From Eledone cirrhosa (Eukaryota), in the NCBI GenBank assembly GCA_964016885.1, contig OZ024743.1, forward strand, positions 275,280,001 to 275,344,000: DNA of 64,000 nucleotides, given 5' to 3'. Of the stretch, positions 1-12,845 are shown one piece after another. The notes below the pieces were generated by a model. The model worked only from the letters and a program-made list of their open reading frames with translations. It did not search any database and was not told the DNA's origin. Made by a program: the position numbers and the translations under genes. Numbering within the stretch: position 1 is the first letter of the stretch; every line of letters begins with the position of its first letter.

Positions 1-74
1 TTACATATATATATATACGTATATATATATATATATATACGTATATATACGTATATATACATATATATATATAC

Positions 75-115
<41 letters not shown>

Positions 116-369
116 TACATACAAATGTATATACGCATATATATATATATATACGCAAACATATATACATACAAATGTATATATATATATATATTCAGGG
201 TATCCCCAAAAAATGTATACACACTTTGATTACCTGTACAGGCAATATTTATTAGAATGCTGTTGAAGTGTGTATACATTTTGGGGGGAAACCCTGTATA
301 TATATATATATATATATATACATACATATATACATACATACAATCATCATATATACACACCAACACACT

Positions 370-433
<64 letters not shown>

Positions 434-445
434 CACACACACACT
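1..445. repeat. (TA)n/(TACA)n/(CA)n microsatellite block
   Basis: Dinucleotide runs seen directly; they explain the YI/HT ORFs here. Confidence 0.95.
196..296. mobile_element. Tc1/mariner-type MITE
   Basis: TIRs CAGGGTATCCCCAAAAAATGTATACACACTT ... AAGTGTGTATACATTTTGGGGGGAAACCCTG in a TA tract; related copy at 21493-21567. Confidence 0.75.
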
Positions 446-504
446 CGAGCGCACGCAATGATGTTTTGTATTAGAAGAGTGTTCAACAAAGTGGTGAGTC
501 ATTT

Positions 505-1461
505 CTCCTCCTCCTCCTCCTCTTCATCATCATCATCAACATCATCAACATCACCACTACCACCGTCACCAAATAGAACACCTGTAACACCTTTACCACC
601 ACCACCACCACAAGGTGCATTCCTATAGTTACCATCGCCACCACTATCATTGCTGTCAACACCACCTCTGCCATCACCAGCACCATTATCATCATCATCA
701 CTACTACCACTACCAACATCATCACCACCACCGCCACCCCCATCATTACTGCCATCACCATCATCACTACCATCATTACTATCACTTTCCCACCGCCACC
801 ACCACCATCATTACTACCACCACCGCCACCCCCATCATTACTACCATCACCATCATCATTACTATCACTTTCCCACCGCCACCCCCATCATTACTGCCAT
901 CACCATCATCACTACCATCATTACTATCACTTTCCCACCACCACCACCACCACCACCACCATCCTCATTACTACCACCACCGCCACCCCCATCATTACTG
1001 CCATCACCATCATCACTACCATCATTACTATCACTTTCCCACCACCACCACCATCCTCATTACTACCACCACCGCCACCCCCATCATTACTACCATCACC
1101 ATCATCACTACCATCATTAGTATCACTTTCCCACCACCACCACCACCATCCTCATTACTACCACCACCGCCACCCCCATCATTACTGCCATCACCATCAT
1201 CACTACCATCATTACTATCACTTTCCCACCACCACCACCACCATCATTACTACCACCACCGCCACCCCCATCATTACTGCCATCACCATCATCACTACCA
1301 TCATTACTATCACTTTCCCACCACCACCGCCACCATCATTACTACCACCACCGCCACCCCCATCATTACTGCCATCACCATCATCACTACCATCATTACT
1401 ATCACTTTCCCACCACCACCACCACCACCGCCACCATCATTACTACCACCACCGCCACCAC
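505..1461. repeat. CAC/CAT/TAC-rich minisatellite (~70-80 bp unit)
   Basis: Recurring unit CCATCATTACTGCCATCACCATCATCACTACCATCATTACTATCACTTTCCCACC. Confidence 0.9.
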
Positions 1462-1566
1462 TAGATGCTACATTGCTGTTTCATGCACACGCGCTGTAGT
1501 CACAGGTGCGCGGTTTTAGACAATAACTGCACACTTCATTGATTTGCATACATACTCAAACACGGT

Positions 1567-1639
<73 letters not shown>

Positions 1640-2291
1640 GCGTGTGTATGTAGTGTACGAAGTAACCAAAAAATACAATAAAAACTAACTCGGAATATGA
1701 ATAAAATTGAGAATATTAGTTTAATGTGTGTCTGTCTGTCTGTGTGTGTGTGTGTGTGTCTGTATGTATGTCTGTCTGTGTGTGTGTGTCTGTGTATGTA
1801 TGTGTGTGTGTGTGCGTGTGTTTGTGTGTGTGTCTGTTTGTGTCCATCTGTTTGTGTATGTGTGTATTTTTTTGGTTACTTCGAACACTACATACACATG
1901 CGTGTGAGTGTGTGTGTGTGTGTGTGTATGTATGTGCGTGAGTGAGTGTGTGTATGTATATATGTGTGTGTGTCTGTCTGTCTGTGTCTGTGTATATGTG
2001 TCAGTGTCACTGTGTTTGAGTATGTATGCAAACCAAGGAGATCAAAAGAAAAATGCCGCTAACTACGGAGACGTGGTTAGTGTATAGTGATAGTGGTGGT
2101 GGTGTTAGATTCATATGATGCTGGTCGGAAGTGGAGAAGATACGAGTGTAATAAGTTGTTCGGTGCAAGTGGAGGCTTTGTTTTTGCATGTCTATATATT
2201 TGTGTGTGTAACTATATTTTGTGGAAACCGCTTATTTTAATCACGTTAGGACGAGCGTTTTCAATAACAAAAACTGGATGACTCAGTAGAC

Positions 2292-2428
2292 CAGGCATGG
2301 GCAGCCTTTTTCGAGCAGTGGGACGCATAGGGTGTGGTTCATCATAAGATGGGCCGCACTACTAAAAAATTCAAGGTAATTTTGAAATTAGGCATGCCAT
2401 TCAGAAAGCCGCAGTTTGACCATGACTG
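2292..2428. mobile_element. hAT-type MITE
   Basis: TIR CAGGCATGGGCA ... TGACCATGACTG; 8-bp TSD CAGTAGAC / CAGTTGAC (7 of 8 match). Confidence 0.7.
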
Positions 2429-2643
2429 CAGTTGACGGCGTAACAATATCTGAGCTTTAGTTTTCTATTAATTCTAAAAATAAAAAAAAGTGTGGTGGCC
2501 CACAAATTTTGATACCAATAACTTTGATAACATTACCCATGATTGTGTATGTAGCGGCAGTTAAGATGATTGTTTGTAGTTACCAAATGTAGTTACCAAA
2601 TGTAGAAGAAAGCGAGTGTAAAAGGTGATGCTTGTCGGTCAGT

Positions 2644-3715
2644 TCATTGTAGTGTGGTAGAATTTGTAGAAGTAATTGTTGGCTTGTTGGGTGATTCCGT
2701 GAGTTGTTCTCTCCCATATAAGTGCTGTGACAAATGTTTGTGACTTATGGCAAGTCCAATGCCAGCCAGATAGAACATGATGGCTCTAGCCATAAATTCG
2801 TGACATTCCGCCTTAACTGAAAGCAATGTATACTGTAATCCGTGATCTTTACTCTCCTTTAGTTCTACATATTCTATGTAATTTCTTTCATAAGCCTTCT
2901 CCATATTGCCTTCCCAAGTCACTTTCAGCAACTCAATAATCAAGTCATATTGCTCAACATAAGGTCAGGATGTAGTGTTGTTATAGAAATATAGCTTGGG
3001 GTGGAGGGATCATGTCAATCTATACTTTCTGATCGTTGGCACCCCGCAGATGTTTGGGTAACAACGTTTCTTTCTTCCCCTGCTGCATTTTTCTTTCTCA
3101 CCCTCCTTGTGGAAAACAACAGAATAAGCTTTGCCTTGGTTCTTCATGCATTAACGTTGCTGAGAGGACGCTCAGGACTTGATTATCCCACCAAGCCAGG
3201 GGTGGCTTACATGTTGTCAGAACATGTTCTAGTGATGCATAACCTCCGCACCAATGACACTCAACAATGTCACTCAATCCCCATCGTCTAATATTGACTA
3301 GGGGTGGGAGCACATCATATACTACACTAGTCTCGGGAGGAATAGCAACCTGATCGGTCCCATTTTCCAAAATCTATTCCATGACATTTTCATTTGTTCT
3401 GCTGTATCACATGGAGTTCAAGCACATTGGTCGCACACTGCCCCTTCTCGATATGGCGAGTTAATTCTGTTACGATTTCTCTTCTTTCCTTTATGTTGGC
3501 AAAATATCCACTTGTTCTGTATTGATTGATGTTGTATGTACTGCCCCCATCACCTTTATTTTTTAGGATGGTCTCTGCTTCTTTCACCGTTTTTCATTCT
3601 CCATTTTTTTCCCTGTTACCACCCCTGATTGGACTGCGCGAACAATGTAATCCTCCGAAACTTGTAACATTATATGACTGCGAACTTTTGCTACTTTAAA
3701 CTCCTTCACCGGAGA
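2644..3715 (-). mobile_element. decayed R2-group (HERO-like) non-LTR retrotransposon, 3' part
   Basis: Broken frames give YDVLPPLVNIRRWGL, a zinc knuckle (CHWC..SLEHVLTTC) and IIELLKVTWE, matching the restriction-like endonuclease motif IELTVPWE. Confidence 0.7.
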
Positions 3716-6364
3716 TGTTAAAGTCGGTTGGAGTTCGGCAGTAGTGCTATAAAGCCTAGTTTCTGTAGTTTGACGGGAGATTTACAGAATACTTCCTTTG
3801 CCCCCAAAAAAACAATTTTGTTCTGTGAAGAAACACAACTACCAATACTGCTGCTACTATTATGACTACATACTTCTCTCTCTATAGAAAAGAATTCATT
3901 CCCCAGTCCATCTCTGAGCAAGGAAGACGGGAAAAAAACTTATTCCAACACTTAATTTTAAATCTTTAATTTTTAGTTTTTAATTCCTATTAATTCTTTT
4001 TAATTGTAATACTCATCATTTGATACGATGAATTTTAATAATACATCGAAACCGGTAATACTTTATATACTTTATATACATTATAAAACTATTTTTTAAA
4101 AGAATTTTCCCTCTCATTTTTTTAATAATGTCATCTTTTCAATAATGTCACTTTGACGAAAAAAAAGAAAAACAGACCCTAAAATATATTTTCCGTCTAT
4201 TTCCAACTTCACCTTTTCTCTATATCCACTGTTTTGTATAGAACCTTACTTCCCTTTTCTAATATATATATATGTGTGTATAAACAGTCACTACACGAGT
4301 CTTTGCCTAAACATTTCTTTTTTCCTTTTTTTTTGTTTTTGTTTTTCAAAAGCTGGGCCATTGAATTACAAGTACAAAGTATTTGACGAGCTTCCAAGCT
4401 ATTTCTGTCTACTCAAATTCAATCGCAAGGCTTGAGTCTACTGGCGGTTATGGTAAAAGACACTTGCTCAAGATGCCCCGTAATGGGATCGAACACGAAA
4501 CCTCATGATTGTGAAACTAACATCTTAGCTATTCGGCCAAGCTGTGTTCACTATATACTTTCTTCTATAGCCCTTTCATTACCATGCTATAATTTTCAAA
4601 TAATTTGAAAAGTAAACAAAAATTTGAAAATATTCAGTCATATAACTAATTTTCCGATTATTAAGCTGTTTGGAACATAAGTTACGAAAAGGTTTTTACA
4701 TAGAATCAGAAAAATACCAACATTTGTAAATAGAAATTGTCCAAACGATCAGTTAGGTATTCGACGAAGCCAAGTATTTATTTATCTAATTTAAACGTCA
4801 ATATAGAGCTAATAGGCTATGATAGCAGAACTATCAACTCTCCCCGTCTGACGGGAAGACTTGCAATAGCCTTTGGGGTGGATGAGAGATGTCTTCTCTC
4901 ATGAAAATGGGTATAGCTTTCCCGTTTTGCCTCATTTCTCCCCGTTTTGGGGCAGTTTTTTCATGGTATTCCCCGTTTGGGTTTTTAGGGGTTGGCAGTT
5001 TGATAGAATTGTGATGGGTGGTTTTTCTATAAATTTAAATATTTTAAAGGAAACAGTTTTGTTTTGTAGAACCAGGGGCGGTTTCAGGCAGAGTGATATC
5101 AAAAAGTTTAAAGGAAATCTTCTTTTCTTTATCTCATTCAGCAATAAAATTATGTTTTCTTTCATTTTTTTTTTCCCCTTTCCTTTCATCTTCACAGACC
5201 TGATCGAGCAGTCACATCAAAGAGGCTTTGCCGGTGTTTTTTTAAGCCATAATGTTCACCATCAATGTATATTTTATTTTATTTTTTAAGCGCATAGTGT
5301 GTGATTTGAAGGAAATTTGGTTGCTATTTTTATTAGGAAGTGTCACAATATTCCCTATCAGTCAGCTAAATTAAATAATGCAAAACAATTATAAATATCA
5401 ATTGTTAATGGTAATAGTAATGGTGGCATCCTGGGTTTAATACATATTTTGAAACGTTGCCATGATTGCACTCTAAATTACAAGTCTAAATTACATCTCT
5501 AAATGTACAAGATAACCACCCATTCCTATATCTGTTGTCCTGAATATGGGACGCCTACTAGTTCCGTTCCCCGAGGCTTTTCGTTGTTGCTGTACAGTTG
5601 ACAGTCGTCAAAGTATGTCTTGCTGAGCGATAGTGCTGAGCGTAATTTGGTAAAGCTTAGACAGTGGCCGGTTCAGAATCATCCGGATGTGTTTGTATGA
5701 ATGAAGTTTGCTTTTGTACTACTGCCTGCGGACAATAGCTGCCTTCAGCTTGCTTGCTTGCTTACTTGGAATGTATCTCTCATTGGTATTTTGCCTGGAA
5801 GGCAATGGTGTTTTAGTTATGATGTGAGATGATCGTTGACAGACAAATAGAACTGCTTTATTACGTTGCAATATAAATTTTTTGAATATGGCACAATGCC
5901 AATGTTTGAGGCAGACAAGGACAGATAATGGTTAGAATCGATTGACTGCGAAAAGGACGAAGGAGCGTGGCCTTGAAGCAAGAGTGTTGTTGTTAAGATC
6001 GTAAGACCGTGAGATCGAGTCCGGGACTGTGTGACGTGTTGCGGCCTCGTGCGGGACGCTTCATTTCACGTTGCTCAGTTAAAAAATGAGTTCTAGTAAT
6101 ACTTAGGAGGATAACCTTGCGACAGGCCAACGTCTCATCCAAGGGAAGTCTTGTATTCTCAGTTGCTTAAAGCCACATGAAACTGAATTTAAGCTCAGGC
6201 TTGCTGAGACTCTAAGCTCAAAGAGTTTAACTTTCCTAAACTTACGAAAAGATAAAAATAAAATTCTACCTTGACTCGATTAGAATCTCAGAGCACAAGG
6301 AGATTGAATTGCCTGTTCGATACCTAGGGCAACAACAACAGCAGCAATAAAAACAACGAGTAAT

Positions 6365-6590
6365 TATTGGTTTCTGATTTAGACACAAAGCCAACCATTC
6401 TTTTTTTTTGGGGGGGGGGGTAAATTGGCCCCAGTGCATTACTGGTTCTTTATTTTATCATACTTGTAAAGTAAAGATGAAAGGCAAAGCTAACCACGGC
6501 AGGATTTAAACTCAGATCGTAAAAGGACGTAACTCTATGCCATAAAGCATGTTGTCTGACGCTCTACCGATACTGTCAACCCACCGTCTT
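6365..6590 (-). mobile_element. tRNA-derived SINE (Nin-domain type), diverged
   Basis: Reverse complement of the SINE family at 21173-21353 (GATGAAAGGCAAAG, CTCTACCGATACTG). Confidence 0.65.
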
Positions 6591-7272
6591 ATACACAAAG
6601 AGTAATTATTGCAATTAATTTAGTCTAGTACTCAACCGTCTCAAATATTTCCCTCGTCATGTTATTTACACGGGCAGTGTTTTATTAATTTTAACAATTC
6701 ACAAAATAGTGAGTTGGCAGAACCAATAGAGTAAAATGACTAATGGTATGTAGTTACGTCTCTTTACGTTCCGAGTTCAAATCCCGTCGACGTCGATTTT
6801 GTTTGTCATTCTTCGAGAAGTCAATAAAACGAAGTACCAATCAAGTACTAGTGTCGATTTAATCGATCTTATCACTCCTCTAAAAAATCCTTAGTATAAA
6901 CCCTTATTATTATCTTCATATAATCTGCGTCGTCTAGAGACTAAGGTGTAGGACTTTCGATCACAAAGTTGTGAGTTCGAATCCTGACCGGGCGGTGTGT
7001 TGTGTTCTTCAGCAAAACACTTCATTTTACGTCGCTTCTTCTACCAGTAATTGCAACTGGCAGATAGTATCAGCAATGGAAAGACTAATGGAAACGTTGC
7101 AAAAAAACACTCATTACAAATTAGTCAATCATCAAACACACACAAAAACAAACACTCTATACATACTATAACTAAAATTTACATTCTACCTACACGTATT
7201 AATTGTTCATTCAGTTAATATTTGAATGTTTTAAGTACTATTGCGTTTTAAACACTCTTTTTAATATATCTA

Positions 7273-8541
7273 CGGGGTATCTACAAATGAAACTGGCCCC
7301 ACACGTTTTGTGTCATTGTATATTCCTTTTCGAACCGATCAACCTTAAATTTCAGGACATGGCAGATACAACGTCTGAGAAGACAACAAAACCCCAATGG
7401 GAATTCCAGCACTGGATTTTCTGAGTAGAGTACTACTATAAATGTGGTTCGCATAAGTAGTGCAAGAGGAAATTTTAATAGATTTTTGGAACGGACAAAT
7501 CCCCCTTCTTAATCAATATACAAAACTGGGTGAAGAAGTTTGAGACCTATGGGACAGTAAAGAACCTCAATACAATATTTGAGACCCGTTCTGCCCACTC
7601 TGAACGACACAAGAAAGAGTATACAATAAATTAATGACGTGGTCCGAGAGGCTGTTGAACGGAACCCAAAACAATAGCTGCACAAGAGAAACCAATCCAC
7701 AGGAACTTGCAGAAGGGTTGTCAAAGAGGATCTTAAGAAGTACCCATACAAAATAAAAACTAAACAAAAGCTTACTGTAGCTGATAAGACCAAGAGAAAG
7801 ACTATTGCTGAGAAAAGTTGGAAAAAAAATGGAAAAAAATAATTTTTTTAATCTGCTGTGGATCTGATGAAGCCTATTTTCACTTAGAGGGGAAGAACAA
7901 TGTGTTCTGGTGATCAGAGAAACCCACTGAAGTGACTGTGAGACTTATCCACTCGGTTAAATATACCGTCGGGGATTTCATTTCTGAGAGAGGCTTGATT
8001 GGCCCATTCTTCCTCGAAGAAAATGGTGACACTGCTACAGTCACTATGAAACGCTATGTGGAGATCCTGAAATACTTTAAAAAGGAGCTACAGACCATGT
8101 ATCCATCTCTAATGCTTCATCTAAAACGAAGTAAGCCCTTATACTTCCAGTGAGTCATGAGGATGGGTGAACAATAACTTTGGAAATCGTGTGATCAGTT
8201 TGAAGACTGATTTTGAGTGGGGTCCCACACCACCCTGATTTCTTTCTTTGGAGTTATCTGAAGGGTAGGGTATATACCAACAACCCCAGGACCATCACTG
8301 AACTAAAAAAAAACATCAGGGAGGAGATCAGAGCCATCGCTAATCTGATGCGGATTTAAATGAGTATCATTTGGAACATGTGTGGTAACTCTAGACAGAA
8401 ATATCAGAAGATTGTGAATGTTTGATATGTTGTGACTAATGGTTTGAACTAAATACATTCAGAGTTTCATCAGTTTTTTTCAAAAATTGAATGATGTAGA
8501 TAAAAATAAAAATAAGGCCAGTGTATTTTTTAGTGACCCTA
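7273..8541 (+). mobile_element. decayed mariner/Tc1-superfamily DNA transposon
   Basis: Imperfect TIRs flanked by TA; fragmented transposase: WVKKFETYGTV, DEAYFHLEG, GLIGPFF, PPDFFLWSYLKGRVY. Confidence 0.85.
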
Positions 8542-8562
8542 TATACACGTATATATATATAT

Positions 8563-8768
8563 ATAATTACAACAGTGACATAAACAGGTACTCAAGTTTC
8601 ATTGGGTACTGAGTCCCAATTTCTTGAGCCTGTCATGGAGAAATTGGGGCCCAGAACCCAACGAAACTTGAGCACCTGTTTATGTCACAGTTGTAATTAT
8701 TTATACTAAACTCGTCCTATGGACTGAGTGCACTTACTCTTGGATATTTCCACTTAAATTTTACTTCA

Positions 8769-8769
<1 letters not shown>
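8563..8769 (+). mobile_element. family A fold-back cassette (PLE pLTR-like; putative HHR 3' half)
   Basis: Imperfect ~60-bp inverted arms (8563-8623 / 8638-8700); right arm reads GAAAC-TTGAGCACCTGTTTAT-GTC; ends in (TA)n; duplicated at 10060-10259. Confidence 0.6.
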
Positions 8770-9648
<879 letters not shown>

Positions 9649-9665
9649 ATATATATATATATATA

Positions 9666-9893
9666 TTTAAAAGAATAGAGGTGTAACACACAAGTTATTA
9701 TATATTGGTAAACGGAATAGAATATGCTGACAAATTGTTCACAGTGAAAAATAGTTTAATTAGGAATAAGTGAGAATTAGTAATTGTATTGGTTAGTATT
9801 CAGTTTTGGTTTTAAGTTTTACCGGTTGCGCATTTCTAATGCTTTTCAAAAATAATTTTGAGATAGAACGTCCATGATGTTTGCCCTGATCTG
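9666..9893 (-). mobile_element. family D cassette with variant HHR-like core
   Basis: Minus strand reads TTGAAAA-GCAT-TAGAA-ATGC-GCAA-CCGGT-A; copies at 10621-10848(-) and 21040-21470(+). Confidence 0.6.
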
Positions 9894-10267
9894 ATATATA
9901 TATATACACACACACGCAAACGCATGCGCATAGAAGACAAAATAAAATAAACAAACAAGCAGATAAATAAATAAATATATAGACAGACTGAAAAAAATGG
10001 CGTAGACATACAATGCAACTGGAGGAAACAATAGCGCCACTGACGATGTTGCAGATGTGCAACAGTGACATAAACAGGTACTCAAGTTTCATTGGGTACT
10101 GAGTCCCAATTTCTTGAGCCTGTCATGGAGAAATTGGGCCCAGAACCCAACAAAACTTGAGCACCTGTTTATGTCACTGTTGTAATTATTTATACTAAAC
10201 TCGTCCTGTGGACTGAGTGCACTTACTCTTGGATATTTCTACTTAAATTTTACTTCAGTATATATAA

Positions 10268-10407
10268 GCCAAAAGAGGGAGCAGATCCACTATCCGGTCT
10301 TTGCGATACCAGGATGGACGGGTGATCCTTGAACCTCAGCAGATGGGTGAGGCTTTTCAAAAGCACTTTGCCGGTTTGTTCGGAAGGGGCGGGGAGCCGG
10401 TTGGGGA
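10268..10407 (+). mobile_element. internal fragment of an L1/Tx1-type LINE ORF2
   Basis: Reads TIRSLRYQDGRVILEPQQMGEAFQKHFAGLF, resembling the EN-RT linker; GC-rich island inside a TA tract. Confidence 0.55.
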
Positions 10408-10861
10408 TATATATATGAAAATGTTTAACCTCGACGGCAGAGCTCAAGCCGTTTCGACAGCTATTTCTGGACTAAGAAATAGCAGTCGAAACGGCTTGAG
10501 CTCTGCGTTAAACATTTTCCTATTACCCACTCTACTACCCTAAGTATTGAGTACTCTGGTGCGTTATGGTCCATCTGGTTCCTTACCACACCTCCTTCGT
10601 TATATACATATATATATATATTTAAAAGAATAGAGGTGTAACACACAAGTTATTATATATTGGTAAACGGAATAGAATATGCTGACAAATTGTTCACAGT
10701 GAAAAATAGTTTAATTAGGAATAAGTGAGAATTAGTAATTGTATTGGTTAGTATTCAGTTTGGGTTTTAAGTTTTACCGGTTGCGCATTTTTAATGCTTT
10801 TCAAAAATAATTTTGAGATAGAGCGTCCATGATGTTTGCCCTGATCTGATATATATATATA

Positions 10862-11232
10862 CACACACACGCGCAAACGCATGCGCATAGAAGACAAAAT
10901 AAAATAAACAAACAAGCAGATAAATAAATAAATATATAGACAGACTGAAAAAAATGGCGTAGACATACAATGCAACTGGAGGAAACAATAGCACCACTGA
11001 CGATGTTGCAGATGTGCAACGAAAGATTTATGATAAACTATATATATGTGTCTGTGTCTATATTGTATCTGTGTTATTTTTGACCGTCGGTCAGTCAATA
11101 TCAACATTGAGGACCGAGTAAATTAGGTTACCGATATAAAGGACACAGAAGCGAAAAGCGAAAACCAACCAAACAGTGAGTGTGTTCTGTTATTAATTCT
11201 GGCAATATTACAATATGACCCTCCCCAAGTAT

Positions 11233-11236
<4 letters not shown>
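10862..11236 (+). mobile_element. solo 3' end (pLTR) of the PLE at 45170-48232 (family E)
   Basis: Clearly similar to 47930-48232, including CTGACGA-T-GTTGCA-GATG-TGCAAC-GAAA; truncated copy at 9908-10063. Confidence 0.85.
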
Positions 11237-11304
<68 letters not shown>

Positions 11305-11319
11305 GTATATATATATGTA

Positions 11320-11456
<137 letters not shown>

Positions 11457-11468
11457 GTATATATATAC

Positions 11469-11546
<78 letters not shown>

Positions 11547-12048
11547 GTATATATATATATGTCTATACATATAGATATATGATGTATTCTCAAGTAGATT
11601 TCGACATATGAAGATTCAAACAAACTATTCAATTCACTTAGTTTGGATGTTTATATCGGGTACGGCATTTTAGACCTGCAAGTATTTGCAATCAAATCCA
11701 CACATCGTACAAGAGTGGGGATTACTGGACAATGCTGCTTGTATGTATGATAAAACTTTTCTCCCCTCCTGCACTCGACGTTCTTGATCCCATTATGATA
11801 CACGTATCTCCAGTTCTTTCTCTCCGAAGCTAATTTCTCAAATATCTCTTGTTGCTGAAAGGTTGCTCTTCAGCTTTGTTAGTATCTGAGCCATGGCCGT
11901 TCAACATTTCTGTATCTACAATGAAGCTGCTTGTCCATGAGTACTTTTGATACTCTTTATACGTATATATATACGTATATATATATATATATATATACGT
12001 ATATATATATATATATATATACGTATATATATATATATATATATATAC

Positions 12049-12080
<32 letters not shown>

Positions 12081-12136
12081 GTATATATATATATATATAT
12101 ATATATACGTATATATATATATATATATATATATAC

Positions 12137-12180
<44 letters not shown>

Positions 12181-12216
12181 GTATATAAAGAATCTTGCTA
12201 AACAAATTCAGAAACG

Positions 12217-12258
<42 letters not shown>

Positions 12259-12284
12259 GTATATATATATATACGGATATATAC

Positions 12285-12324
<40 letters not shown>

Positions 12325-12356
12325 GTATATATATATATGACAAGTAAGTATGTATA

Positions 12357-12397
<41 letters not shown>

Positions 12398-12446
12398 GTA
12401 TATATATATATGACAAGTAAGTATGTTTTGAAACAGTGAGATTGGT

Positions 12447-12517
12447 GGTGCGTTGGTGTAATGGTAGCACAGTGGTCTGGATAACCAAAGATGTGGGTTC
12501 GACTCCCATGTACATCA
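12447..12517 (+). pseudogene. tRNA-like cloverleaf (SINE head), anticodon GGA
   Basis: A box TGGTGTAATGG, B box GGTTCGACTCC, short variable arm; second copy at 12671-12741 shares ~60 bp of downstream sequence. Confidence 0.6.
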
Positions 12518-12845
12518 ATACTCATCTTTTTCCATTCATCTGAGGGTTTTAAACCCCATTATCAGACTAAAATTTCTAATTTCAAACCTGCTCACTGTTT
12601 CAAAACATACTTATTTGTCATTTATACTCGCTAAGAATGTAGCTTCTAATTTGAATGGAAAGAGATGGGTGATGTGTTGGTGTAATGGTAGCACAGTGGT
12701 CTGGATAACCAAAGATGTTGGTTCGACTCACATGTACATCAATACTCATCTTTTTCCATTTATCTGAGGGTTCTAAACCCTATTATTAGACTAAAATTTC
12801 TTTAGTAAAAAAAATATGGTGAAAGCTATTATGTATATATATATA

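Noticed and set aside
615-1499. His/Pro/Thr-rich 294-aa ORF
   Set aside because: It is a minisatellite open in several frames, with no splice or domain evidence.
4015-4062. HHR-like TTGATAC-GATG..CATC-GAAACCGGTA
   Set aside because: The core is too degenerate and stem I is weak. A similar decayed case at ~39714-39770(-) is likewise not called as a ribozyme.
12447-12741. Functional tRNA-Ser(GGA) genes
   Set aside because: There is no long variable arm, the stems have mismatches, and the copies are duplicated with flanking repeat sequence; treated as SINE heads.
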